From Malacoraja senta (lineage: Eukaryota), in assembly GCA_038087875.1 (NCBI GenBank), contig CM075990.1, positions 496,001-560,000 of the forward strand: 64,000 bases of DNA. The letters are read 5' to 3'. The notes below the pieces were generated by a model, which searched no databases, was not told the DNA's origin, and was given only the letters and a program-made list of their open reading frames with translations. Positions 49,205-61,664 of the stretch are shown piece after piece (the stretch's first letter is position 1; the number at the start of each line of letters is the position of its first letter). The translations under genes and the position numbers were made by a program.

Positions 49205-49685
49205 TCCCCCCCCCCCCCCCGCCCCCCCGGTAGATGCAGCTCGCGGTCGGTCAATCCAGCTGGCGGTTTCAATGCGACCGGTCGAACCAGCTCGAGGCTT
49301 TCCAGGAGAGTGCCCTCGAGCTTGAAGGTCGAAGGCACTCTTCTGGACTCACGGATTAGGTCGCCCAAATGGGACAGGCCCTTTACAGTGACCTCCTAGG
49401 GCCTCCCAGGACCACGTGTCGACCATACTGCGAGTTTGAGTCCAGCGCAAACTCTTCTAAACTCGCAAATTAGGTATCTGCAGTGGGACAGGCCCTTTAT
49501 GGAACAGCAATAACGTGGATGGGTTGGAGTAACTGGAAAAGCTTGATTGTTCTTGTCAGAGCAACCAAGGTTCTGGAGGGATTGGCGGAATGTAGTGGAG
49601 GTGTTCACAGTTTTGGAATGTGATAGAGTAGATAAGTTGGTGCTTCTTCTGGAAAAGACCCTGCTGGGAGATGTGAGGTTTACAT

Positions 49686-49975
49686 TAGTTTAGATATACA
49701 GCTTGGAAACAGGCCCTTCGGCCCACCAGGACCACGCCGACCAGCGATCCCCGCATATTAACACGACCCTACACGCACTGGGGACAATCTTACATTCATA
49801 GCAAGCCAAGTAACTCTCAAACCTGTATGTTTTTGAAGTGTGGGAGGAAACCGAAGATCTTGGAGTAAACCCATGGGGAGAACGTGAAAACTCGGTACAG
49901 ACAGCACCCGTAGTCACGATCGAATCCGGGACTCTGGCGCTGTAAGGCAGATAATCTCCCACTGCATCACCAAGC
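49686..49975 (-). mobile_element. HE1/V-SINE-like SINE
   Basis: Family motifs. GACCCTGCTGGGAGAT..GTGAGG is repeated on both flanks (49657 and 50025). Confidence 0.85.
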
Positions 49976-50329
49976 CACCTTGCGATCATGTAGATAAGTC
50001 GACGCTTCTCTGGCACCTGCAAAAGACCCTGCTGGGAGATAGATGTGAGGCGATGCGGATTTAAGAATAATGTTCAAAAGACAAAAGGTTATCTCTTTGA
50101 AAGCAACATTTTTTAATTAATTGAAGAGAACTGGGAAATAAGCCTAATTGGACCATTGAAATTATAAGTAAAGATCATATAGGCGGAAACAGTTAAACCT
50201 GAAACGGAGGAAGCTGAGGAAAGACTTGGAAAGATTTATAAAATTAAGAGAGGCATGGAGAGGGTCGATAGTCACAGTCTTTTTCCTAGGATGGATGGGG
50301 AAGTCTAAAGAAAATAGATTTAAATTTGT

Positions 50330-50624
50330 TTTTAGTTTAAAGTTACAGCGTGGAAACAGGCCCTTTGATCCACCGAGTCTGCACCGACCAGTGATCCCCG
50401 CACATTAATAGTATCCCCAGGGACAATTTACATTTCTACCAATCCAATTAAACTACAAACCTGCATGTCTTTGGAGTGTGGGAGGAAACTGAAGATCTAG
50501 GAGGTCCTGGGGAGAACGTACAAATTTTGTATAGACAGCACCCGTAGTCGGGATCGAACCCGGGTCTCCGGCGCTGCAAGCGCTGTAAGACAGCAACTCT
50601 ACCACTGCGCCACCATGCCGCCCA
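50330..50624 (-). mobile_element. HE1/V-SINE-like SINE
   Basis: Family head, body and tail motifs. Confidence 0.85.
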
Positions 50625-51064
50625 GTGAGGGGAATGGAAAGTGGAAGGCGAAAAAATTAAATGGATCAGAAAAGCAGGTTTTTTCCACACAGAGGTTGTT
50701 GGGTATGTGGAACGAGCTGCAAGATCTGATTGAAGCTGGCACATTATAATTACAACATTTAAAATGTATTTGGACAAGTTATGGGTAAAAATGTTTTAAA
50801 GAGATATGGGACAAATGCAGGTAAATAGAAGTAATCTAGAGAGGCACCTTGGTCACTATAGACGAGTTGAAGGGCCTGTTTCTGTGCTGATTAACTCCAT
50901 AAATCTATGATGAGGAACCAACAATATATTTCTAAGTCAGGATGGTGTGTACCTTGGAGACGATTCTGCAGGTGGTAGCATTCCCCTCCACCTACCACCA
51001 TTGGCCTCCTTATTGGGAAGGGTTTGGGAGGTGCAGTTGCTCTCTCAGAGAGAGCTTTTGCACT

Positions 51065-51285
51065 TTTAGATAGACACAAAATGCTGGAGTAACTCAGCGG
51101 GACAGGCAGCATCTCTGGACAGAAGGAATGGGTGACGTTTAGGGTCGAGACCCTCTATCAGACTGAGAGTCAGGGGAGAGGGAGACATAGAGCTGCGGAA
51201 GGGTAAGGTGTGAAAACGAGACATCAAAGGGGACGAAGTTCAAGGAGAATGTAGAATAGATCATTGTTGGCTATGGGATGGTGCA
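51065..51285 (-). mobile_element. Penelope-like 3' UTR and terminal repeat
   Basis: Minus strand CCCTGACTCTCAGTCTGATAGAGGGTCTCGACCCTAAACGTCACCC. Confidence 0.75.
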
Positions 51286-51859
51286 CTTTTACTTCAATTA
51301 ATGGTATCCAAAAAATTACTGCATTAATTTCATGGCTTTCACCACTGTCACAGCGTATAAAATAATGGCCTGGCGGCCTGGCAATGCTCTGATTAATGAA
51401 TGTAAAGGATCTATCAGGAATTCAATTTATTATTCTGCGAGTAAAACTGCAGGCAATGACTGGGAGATTTATAGGCATTTTGTTACCTCCGTAAATTATA
51501 TACTGTTTCTTAATATCGTGTTATGATTTAATGGATGCTTTTAAAATTGGTGTGTGAGTGTTTCAAATCTGTAGCTCGGACAAGACTGTTTTGCAACTGA
51601 AGGGCTAATCTGCTGATTGAAACATTATATCTTGCTTTAGAAACCGAAATGGCAAAAAAAAATTCAGCATGTCTGACAGTACCTGTGAAGCGGAGTTAAT
51701 GTTTCACATCCATGACCAGTGAGTGGAATAGCTTTTTACTTTCTCAGATATTATTGGCTTCTTATTATTCAGTGAGCCAGATAACTGATTGAGACCCAAC
51801 AACAATGTTGTTCACCTTCTGTACATTTCCAGGTCAGGTTTTACTGTACGAGGATGTTG

Positions 51860-52310
51860 CCAGGGCTAGAGGGTCTGAGCTATAGGGAGAAGTTGGGACT
51901 CTATTCTTTGGAGAGCAGGAAGATGAGGGGGGATCTTAATGAGGTGTGTAAAATCATGAAGAATAGATCGGGTAGATGCACAGAGTCTCTTGGCCAGAGT
52001 AGGTGAATCAAGGACCAGAGGACATAGATATATGGTGAAGGAGAAAAGATTTAATAGGAATCCGAGGGGTAACTTTTTCACACAAAGAGTGGTGAGTGCA
52101 TGGAACAAGCTGCCTGAGGCAGCAGTTAAGGCAGGGACTATCCCAACATTTAAGAAACAGTGAGACAGGTACATGGATCGGACAGGTTTGGATGGATATG
52201 GACCAAACGCAGGCAGGTGGGACTAGTGCAGCTGGGACATGGTGGCCGGTGTGGGCAAGTTGGGCCAAAGAGTTTCCATGCTGTATCACTCTATGAATCT
52301 ATGACTCTAT
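51860..52310 (+). mobile_element. CR1 3' fragment
   Basis: FFTQRVVSAWNKLP; (CTATGACT)n tail. Confidence 0.82.
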
Positions 52311-52529
52311 AACTGAGGGGAACCTAGACGTGGTTGTGTCCAGTTGCACGTGCTGCCCTTCTCCTTGGCAGTGGGGATGGCGAGGTGATAAGTAGATGCA
52401 GTGCCTTTATAGTTGGAGCGTACTGCAGCCATGGAGCACTGGTGGCACAGGGGCAGAGTATATAAGGTGGTGAGTGTTATGCCAATCAGAGAGGTTTACT
52501 GTATCTCCGGAGAGTTGTTGGTGCGGCAC

Positions 52530-53393
52530 TTATCCAACTAAACGAGATTAAGTCTGAGGTCATCCTTCTCGGCCCCTCGGACTCAATCAAAATGATAGCA
52601 GGCAGCCTTGGAAGCCTTACCCCACTACTCAAATCACATGTCAAAAACCTTGGCGTGATATTTGACTCAGCACTGAAATTTGACAAACAAGTCAATGCCG
52701 TGGTAAAAGCTAGCTTCTTTCAGCTTCGGACGATAGCTAAAATAAAACAATTCCTCCAGTTTGATGACCTCGAAAAGATCATCCACACATTCATCTCCTC
52801 CCGCCTAGATTACTGCAACCCTTTACACTGACATCAGCCAATCTTCCCTGTCCTGCCTACAACTGGTCCAAAACGCCGCAGCGAGACTCCTGACGGGCAC
52901 CTGAAAAAGGAACCACATCACCCCGATCCTGGCCTCTCTCCACTGGCTCCCTGTGCGGTTCCGTATAAACTTCAAGATCCTCCTCCATGTCTACAAAGCC
53001 CTCAATGGGCTTGCCCCCACCTACATAAAAAGTCTTCTCACCCACCACTCCACCTCCAGGCCCCTCAAATCGGCCGACTTGGATTTGCTGAATATCCCAC
53101 GGTCTAGGCATAAGCCCAGGGGCGACAGCGCCTTTGCGGTTGCAGCCCCTAGACTGTGGAACAGCATCCCCTTTCCCATCAGAACTGCCCCCTCCATCGA
53201 CTCTTTTAAGTCAAGACTAAAAACTTATCTATAATCCCAAGCCTTTCCTGATGTCCTCTGAGTGAGGGCTACGTGTATATATGTATGTAGTTTGTTTTGT
53301 TTATGCTATTCTTATAACAAATGTAAAGAACTTTGGCCAACGAGAGTTGTTTTTTAAATGTGCTATATAAATAAATGTGACTTGACTTGACTT
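52530..53393 (+). mobile_element. L2 LINE 3' fragment
   Basis: VKNLGVIFD, FISSRLDYCN, HITPILASLHWLPV and AFAVAAPRLWN; (GACTT)n tail. Confidence 0.9.
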
Positions 53394-53556
53394 ATCCAGG
53401 GATGTGGAAAGTATTCCATCAGGCTCCTGACATTTGCTTTGTGTAGTGTGGATAAGCCTTGGGGTGTTAGCGAGACATACCTGCTACAGGACATTCAGGT
53501 GCTGCCCTGGTCTTGTAACACTGCTGCATGTCGAGGGTTGGAGTTCTATGACCACA

Positions 53557-54379
53557 TCTATATTACTAAATGTAAGATCTTGACCGCTTTTGACTCGCTG
53601 TGCTGTGATTTCCGAGAGAACGTCGAGACCTACGGTCATCATTTTTGGCCAGCTCGCTCAGAGCCCCCCTCTGCCAGACTGGACTGGAGGATTTTTCCCA
53701 TCGATGAAAAATCAGAGAGATAGTAATGTTTTTATAAAATTCGCCATTCTCTCTGCTGCCCCCGCTGGTGTTGTGCGTCACTCTGCTGCATTCGGAAGTG
53801 TTGTGCCTCACTCAGTCTCTGCCAGATGGAGGAAGCAAGAGGGTCACGGCCCTCTGAGCTGCGAATAACACTGAACGCACGTCTACTCGACGGTGAGTCC
53901 CCTCGATGTGGCTGTAAAGTGGCTGCTGCCAAATTGTTTGCCTTGCCTTTTTAAAAGTTTGTTCCCAAAATGGATTGGTTGTAAAGTGGCTGCTGCCAAA
54001 TTGTTTGCCTTGCCTTTTCAAAAGTTTATGTTCCCAAAATGGATTGGTTGTAATGTGGCTGCTGCCAAATTGTTTGCCTTGCCTTGGTTTTTAAAAAGTT
54101 TGTGTTCACAAAATGGATTGGTTGTAAAGTGGCTGCTGCCAAATTGTTTGCCTTGCCTTTTAAAACGTTTGTTTTCACAAAATTGATTGGTTGTAATGTG
54201 GCCCACAATGTCCATACTAGCCCTCTTGAAACCAGACCCTTTGGCCCACAACACCCATACTAGCACAACAGAAAGCCCCCCCACTGGCCAGCAATATTAT
54301 AATTGGTGGAGAGGTGGAATATTGCATTGGGTGACCAGCCCGTGTGATGCTGGGACCCAACGGGTCCCACTTTGACTAG
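53557..54379 (+). mobile_element. Non-autonomous Helitron
   Basis: A|TCTATATTACTAAA 5' end, subterminal hairpin TGGGACCC-AAC-GGGTCCCA (54351-54369), CTAG|T 3' end and no TSD. Confidence 0.85.
53912..54201. repeat. ~70-bp minisatellite inside the Helitron
   Basis: TGTAAAGTGGCTGCTGCCAAATTGTTTGCCTTGCC..AAAATGGATTGGT, about 4 copies. Confidence 0.92.
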
Positions 54380-54509
54380 TATATACATATATTTAAAGTA
54401 GACACAAAATGCTGGAGTAACTCAGCGGGTGAAGCAGCATCTCTGCAGAGAAGGAATAGGCAACATTTTGGGTCGAGACCCTTCTAAATATATATATATG
54501 TTTGTATAT

Positions 54510-54525
54510 ATATTTATTTTTCTAT

Positions 54526-54556
<31 letters not shown>

Positions 54557-54662
54557 TTTGTTCATTCATTCGTTCATTCGTTTGTTTATTTATTTGTTTG
54601 TTTGTCTGTTTATTTGGCTGTTTATTTATCTAGGCATTTATTTATTTATTCATTTGTTTATC
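54510..54662. repeat. (TTTA)n-type low-complexity repeat
   Basis: Direct reading. Confidence 0.9.
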
Positions 54663-54679
54663 TGTTGAAAGTGTAGGGA

Positions 54680-55445
54680 ACTGACAGATGGAGTTGTAAC
54701 TGAGCAAGTGCGATGTGTTGCTCTGTGGGAGGGCAAATGTAAGTGGAAAGTATAATGTTAATGGCAAGACCCTTCACAGCATTGAGGTACTGTGGGATCT
54801 CCTAGGTCCAAGTCCTTACATAGATCCCTGAAAGTGGTAATACAATTAGATAGAGTGGTATGGAAGGTGTATGGCATGCTTGGCATATGGCAAGTAGTCA
54901 TGTCACAGCTTTAGAGGTCTTTGGTGAGACTGCATTTGGAATAGTGTGCAGTTCTGATTACATTACAAGAAGGATGTGGTGACTTTTGAGAGCATGCAGA
55001 AGAAGTTTATTAGAATGCTGCCTTGATTAGTGAGTATTGGACAAACTGGGATTGTTTTCTCTGGAGCATCAGAGACTGAGAGAAGTCATGATAAAATTCT
55101 ATTAAATTATATGAGCCAAAGAAAGGGTAAATTGTCAGAACATTTGTCCCAGGGTGGAAAGGTCAAAGTCTAGAGGGCTTGGCTTTAAGGTGAGAGGGCA
55201 AAGTTTAAATAGAAGTTTGGGCACATTTTTTACACATAGTACGGTGAGTGCCTGGACTGTGCTGCCAGAGCTGGTATTGGAGGCAGATCTGATGATGGTA
55301 TTCACAATGCATTTGGATAGGCACATGGCTATGCAAGTAATGGAGGTATATGGATCATGTGCAGGTGAAGGTCACTCGTTTAATGGCATCATGCTTGGCA
55401 CAGATATTGTGGGCTAAGGGGTGTTTTGTGATGTACTGCTCTATC
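54680..55445 (+). mobile_element. Degenerate CR1 3' fragment
   Basis: LVRLHLE and FFTHSTVSAWTVLP remnants. Confidence 0.7.
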
Positions 55446-57394
55446 TTCTGAGATGGTGAGGGACTTGGTGATGGTAATGCCACTGAAAGTCAAGGATAGG
55501 TGGTTTTTGTTTTTCTTGTCAGAATTGGTATTTGCTGGGACTTCTGGCAGTATTGGTATTTGCTGGCAGTTCCCCACAAGGGATGGACTAATCAGCTTTG
55601 TCGTGTATCAGGCTAAGGGTGAATGTTACCTTGGTCTTGCTGCACCAAGACAAGGTTGCTGAGGAATTGTAAATGGAATGGAATATTTTATTGTCACATG
55701 TGACAAGTCACAGTGAATTTTTTTGCTTGCCGCCAACTTGAGAAGGAAGAACCTATCAGCTCTCTGTCAAGGATTGAAGCAGTTTTCCTGAAATCCCCCA
55801 GGACTTTATCTTTCTGACCCGGCTCTGCACCTGGCAATGGATACAGCACTACATTTGTTGTACTTCTGATCCACTGCACTACATTCAGTGCTCACTGTGG
55901 GGTGGAAGATTGCAACCTTCACGTGGTCCGCCCTGTTTCAACGAATGCAATCAACCTGGCGTGCACAATCCAATAAGATCAAATACAACAAGTTGTCCTA
56001 CAACTTTAGGCTGTGCACGCCCTACGCAAGAAGACGTAGATGTGCTCAGTGTGTGTGCACTGCTCCACACTGGAGAAACAAAACACAGACTGGATGATCG
56101 ATTTTCAAAGTGGTTGGGATTATTCAGGGATTATAAAACTATGTAGTAGTAGCAGCAATTAATTCAAAGCAGTTTATCTGTTCTCATTTGCTTCAATTGA
56201 AGGCAGCATCTCTGCAGGACATGAACCGGCAATGTTTCAAATCGAGACCCTTCTTAAGAATGATTGAAATTTTGGGTACGAGTTCCTTGTCCTCAGAGGT
56301 TTATTCAATACACATAGGAATAATTTTGAACCAGCAGAGGTGCTTGGACATTCAGAGGTGTTTTGTCAGCTACGGTGATCTCACATTGTAAATGTGTCGG
56401 AAATGTCAGATAATGATGTGTTGGATGCGGCGACTGGTGGGGTGAAATATAAGGAACCAGAAGAACTTTATCCTTGCTTAAGAAGGGTCTCGACCCGACA
56501 TGTCACCCCTTCCTTCTCTCCAGAGGTGCTGCCTGTCCCACTGAGTAACTCCAGCATTTTGTGTCTATCTCTGCTCAGTGGTCGACGGGACTAGGAACCC
56601 ATCCGAAGGCCCATTTGGAGCCCACTCGACGGCTCGGCGGTATTGGGGACCCCCCTGAATGCTCATCGGAGTCTGCTTGAAGGCTCAGCGGTCGAAGGGA
56701 CCAGGAACCCGCTGGAAGGCTCATTGGTTGGTGGGACCGGGATCCCATCCAAGGGCTCATCGGACGGCGTAACCATCCAGGAGGAGTCGGACATGAGGAG
56801 CAAGGACCGGGTTGGAGGGTGAACCGGGGTAATGCCTCCAGCGCCTTCAGGTAGGCTGCAGAAGGCGCCCCGTAACACAAAGATGGCCGGGCGAGGAGAG
56901 GAGAGGGACGTTGGTTCAATGTAACCGCTCCAGTACATCAAGCAAGCGGGCCGACCAGAATTTGAACTTTGAATAATGGCACCGAAAATGGCGGTTCCCA
57001 CATGTGTGATCAATGCCAAAATGAATTTCACAGTGGCGTTTCATACGTGAGAAATAAATCTCTATTGAGCTATTGTTCAATCTGTCGTGAAAGGGGGAGA
57101 GCAGAATTATGTGACATAGAGAAGTAATGGGTGAGGGATCCACCCACGACAGCAAAGGGGAAAGCCACATTTACTAAAGAAAGTGGAGGTTGAATGCGCT
57201 AGATTGAAAAGCCTGATTTTGGGAGCAGATGTGGCAGAGATGCTCTACACATTTAATTCTTCTGGATCACATGTGAGATAATTAATAAGTTAGAGGCCCA
57301 CTTGGTGGGGACTCCAACAGCAGGCCAGGATATTGGCACCCAACACACCCGGCCTGCACTACCCATACATCCAGCAGTATTCAGTATTTCTTTA

Positions 57395-60300
57395 ATATCA
57401 TTTCACTGAGTACTCACATACACAGAGGAAACAAAAAAAACGTTGCTCAATCGGTTTCCATTCAGTGTAAAAAACAAAAGGATAATACATTGAGCTTTAA
57501 AAACAAATTAAAATTACCATTCTTAAAAAGAAAGTAGGCCTAAAAATTAACAACATAATAAAAACAGTCATTCTGATCGACAGTGGCTTTACTTTGACAG
57601 GTGCCTACCTATCAAAGTATGGGCGCGGTTAGATGTGTGGATGAGCGATGTTTTGGGAGGGGACAAATTCCGCTAATCAGTCTTATTGCCTGTGGGAAGA
57701 AGCTGAGGAGCATCCTGCTGGTTTTGCAGCTGATGCTCCTGTACCTCTTCCCAGATGGCAGAATGGAAAAGATGTGATGTGATGGGTGGTAGGGGTCCTG
57801 GATGATGGAGATGGCTCTACTGATGCTCCTCTTCTTGTATATCTCCAGCAGGAAAGGGAGTAGGGCACCGATAATCCTGCTGGCGGTCTTCACTATCCTG
57901 TTTAGTTGATATTGTTCGTAAGCCTTGCAGCTCCCGAACCAGGAAGTGATGCCGTAGGTTATTATGCTTTCTATTGTGCCCCTATAGAAGGTTCTTAGAT
58001 GGGCAGTGGGGAGACCTGCTTTCCGAAGTCTCCGGAGAGGGTGGAGTCGCTGTTGGGCTCTTTTGACCACTGCTGTGGTGTTGGTCATAGAGGTCAGGTC
58101 ATCCGACAGGTGGAGTCCTAGGAACTTCACACTGCTGACCCTCTCCACAGCAGTTCCATCAATATACAGCGGTGTATGGTGTTGTTTTCCCGCCCTCCTG
58201 AAGTCGACCACCATCTCCTTAGTTTTCCCACATTAAGAGTGAGGTTGTGGGATCTGCACCATCCTGTGAGCAGCTCCACCTCCATCCTGTACGCCGACTC
58301 ATTATTGTCGCTGATGAGACCCACCACGATTGTGTCATCAGGGAACTTGTTGATATAGTTGTTATTGAGTCTAGCAGTACAATCATGTGTAAGCAGACTA
58401 AACATTTGGGGGCTTAGGACACAGCCTTGGGGTGAGCCAGTGCTCACGGCGATGGTTTTTGAGGTCCGACTGCCCACCCTGACTGTCTGCTGCCGTTGTG
58501 ATAAGAAGTTAAGGACCCAGTTACAAGTGCCAGTATCCACCCCTAACAGCCTCAGCTTCTCCACCAGCTGCTGTGGAATGATTGTATTAAAAGCAGAGCT
58601 GAAGTCTAAAAAGAGGATCCTGGCATAAGTATTTTTCCGGTCGAGATGTGACAGTACGAGGTTCAGTGTAGTGGAGACTGCATCCTCTGTGGACCGGTTG
58701 GCTCTGTAGGCGAACTGCAGTGGGTCTAGGTCGGCAGGGAGACAGTTTTTAATATGCTGCATAACCAGCCGTTCAAAACACTTCATTAGTATGGGCGTAA
58801 GAGCCACTGGGCGGAAGTCATTGTGACAGGCTGGGTTTGGTTTCTTCGGGACAGGAACGATAGTGGCACTTTTAAGACAGTTGGGCACTACTGCCAGGCT
58901 GAGTGAGATGTTAAAAATGTCTGTGAAGACATCTTTTAGTTGATCAGCACAGTCCCTTAAAACGCATCCAGGGATCTTATCCGGCCCTGCAGCTTTGCGT
59001 GGATTGATGCTGGCAAAGGCCTTTTTAACTCCGGCTGTGGACAGCCTGAGTGACTGGTCGCTGGGTGATGGCAGGACTGCTGCGTAGAACTCGTTCAGTT
59101 CATCTGGTAGTGAGGGGTCATTTTGGCATATCCGCAGCGGGGGGGGGGGGGGGGGGGCTTGTAGTCAGTGATGGTATGAAATCACTGCCACAAGCGACGT
59201 GTGTCTTTGTCGTTTGTGAAGTGGCTATTAAGTTTTTGTACATACCGCCTCTTCGCTTCCCTGATCCCCTGGGATAGGTTACTCCGTGCCAGTTTGTATG
59301 CTGCGTTGTCCCCAGATTTAAATGCGGCATTCCGGACTCTCAGTAGAGAACAAACTTCCCCAGTTAGCCAAGGTTTCTGATTGGCACGCCTCTTGACGGT
59401 TTTAACCACCGTCACATCATCAATGCATGTATTGATGTATCCGATGACGGATTCTGTGTATTCTTGGAGGTCAATGCCACTGTCACCTGTTGCTGCCTCT
59501 CTGAAAATGGCCCACTGTGTGATTTCAAAACAGTCTTGCAGTGCTGCGGTAGCTCCCTGTGGCCATATTCTGACTTCTTTGACCATTGGCCTGTCCTGTT
59601 TCACCCTGGGTCTGTATGCAGGTGTGAGCATAACCGCCAGGTGGTCAGAATTGCCGATATGGGGGAGGGGGGCTGCTTTATATGCATCTTTAATGTTTGT
59701 GTACACCAGGTATAGTTTGTTCTTTCCCCTGGTTGCAATGTTCACATGCTGGTAGAATTTAGGCAGAACAGATGCAAGACTTGCCTGGTTAAAATCCCCA
59801 GCTGCTATGAAGAAAGCATCGGGATATTCCCTCTGCTGCTCACAAATGTTGTTGTAGAGTTCTGTCATAGCGTCCTTCACGTCCGCGCTCGGTGGTACAT
59901 AGACGGCCGTTATGAAGACTGCCGTTAGCTCCCTCGGTAAGTAGAAGGGTTGGCATTTCACAGTCATTAACTCTACGTGGGGTGAGCAGTAAGTGGAAAC
60001 CACCACGGCATCCCGACACCACGATCTATTAACATACACAGCCAGGCCACCTCCCCTTGACTTACCAGCTAGCGAAGCTACTCTGTCATCTCTGTGTAGC
60101 ATTAGTCCCTCCAGCTGGATCGCAGCGTCCGTGATGTTCTGATTCAGCCAGGTCTCCGTAAGGACGTAGACACAGCAGTTCTTCACACTACGTTGAGTAG
60201 CTCTCCACGCTCTGATGTAGTCCATCTTCTTGTCGAAGGAGCGGATATTTGCCAACATGAGTGTAGGCACTGCTGGTTTGTGTGGGTTAGCGACTAGCCT

Positions 60301-60640
60301 AGCGTAGACTCCTGCACGCTTCCCCTGCTTCCGCATCCTGCTACACCGCTTGTGGTGAATCCTCACCAATGTTGTTCCAGGTGCAGCCGCGGCTTTCCGT
60401 GGGCCTACGCGGCGCAGAAGTCCCAGCTCGCCCAGAACGCTCCGTAAGTCTTTGTTACAACAAGAAGCTTTGTTATGGGTGTCCAACAGAAACTGTCGCT
60501 CATACTGCCACACATACATACACTCTCTCAACACACATACTCCAGTCACACCACTCGCTCCACTAACACGCGAAAACACTGAATTTCCACTGAGAGAGGC
60601 CGCTGCAAACACCGGTCATGCAGCCATTTTCTTCGGGCAT
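57395..60640 (-). mobile_element. Near full-length Rex1/Babar-like LINE (APE and RT, frameshifted)
   Basis: APE ORF 59182-60612 (ANIRS, LTETWL, GGGLAVYVN, VYVPP, AGDFN, SDH) and RT pieces 58127-58888 and 57612-58214. Same family as 43143-45016. Confidence 0.92.
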
Positions 60641-60962
60641 GCTCTGTCTTCTCCTCGGTTCCCAAAGCTTGGGAGTCTCTATTTCCCACAAATTCCTTAA
60701 ACATAGGGTGCTCCATTCTCCTGCAATAACACCAGAGCCTTGGGACACCTGTCCTACGCTGACCCTAATCGCATATGGCCACTGTATCCCATAATCTTTG
60801 CCAAGTCCATGGTTCTGCTCCACACTCTCCCTGAACCCACTGTGCCTAAATCCATGTGGCATTAGCCTCTTGATTTCCCTTGCAAGATGTTGTCTCATGG
60901 TGGACAACCTTGTCTCCCACATAGTCTCTATCTCTTCTATCAACCTAACAGTAAATTTGCCA

Positions 60963-61092
60963 TGTGTAGGAAGGAACTGCAGATGTTGGTTTAAACCGAA
61001 GATAGAAACAAAAAGCTGGAGTAGCTCAGCGGGTCAGACATACTGGAGAAAAGGAATAGGTGATGTTTCAGGTCGAGACCCTTCTTCAGACT
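60963..61092 (-). mobile_element. Penelope-like terminal repeat with the best-preserved minimal hammerhead core
   Basis: Minus strand AGTCTGAAGAAGGGTCTCGACCTGAAACATCACC. Confidence 0.75.
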
Positions 61093-61446
61093 GTGCCAGG
61101 TTCTGACAGCACAAACTGCCAGGTTTAAGGCCTGCCTGGGGCAATTTTCTGGACGTTCAGTGGTTTTGTTTGGAAATTCTTGAAGATTTTCCTTTTGCAA
61201 GCATAGGGTCAAGAGGCCAAAACCATTGTGTTCATTTATTGCTAGGTTGACAGAACTATTAAATTTGTTTTTAGTAATTGAAGTTTACATTAATTTATAA
61301 TGCAGTGACCATTTTAAAGTAACAATGGGTTTTTATGATATAGACCCATATTAATGCTGAAATTCGGGAATTGACCAAGGCTGACATTTTTCAACCAAAG
61401 CACATTGAGAAATGCACAAAATCATCAATCTCTGTCTTTTAATAAA

Positions 61447-61660
61447 GGGCGGCACAGTGCCGCAGTGATAGAGTTGCTGCCTTGCAGCGCGAGAGACCCA
61501 GGTTCGATCCTGACATAGGTGCAGTCTGTGCGGAGTTTGTACATTCTTCCTGCGATCACTTGGGTTTTCTCCAGGTGCTTCAGTTTCCTCCCAAACTTCA
61601 AAGACATGTAGATTTGTAGGCTAAATGGCTTCAGTAAATTGGCCCGAGTGTGCAAGATTG
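61447..61660 (+). mobile_element. HE1/V-SINE-like SINE, 3'-truncated
   Basis: GGGCGGCACAGTG..GGTTCGATCC. Confidence 0.82.
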
Positions 61661-61664
61661 AACT

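Larger units (their letters stand above)
48406..49496. mobile_element. PIF/Harbinger-like non-autonomous DNA transposon (MITE)
   Basis: TIR AGGGCCTGTCCCACT at 48406 with inverse copies ending at 49382 and 49496; TAA/TTA flanks. Confidence 0.75.

Noticed and set aside
48499..49399. Repetitive ORFs (GERRGEK.., CVCV..)
   Set aside because: Translations of the minisatellite and microsatellite.
53912..54201. Regularly spaced repeats, superficially CRISPR-like
   Set aside because: The intervening sequences are also repeated, the context is eukaryotic and there are no cas genes; this is a minisatellite.
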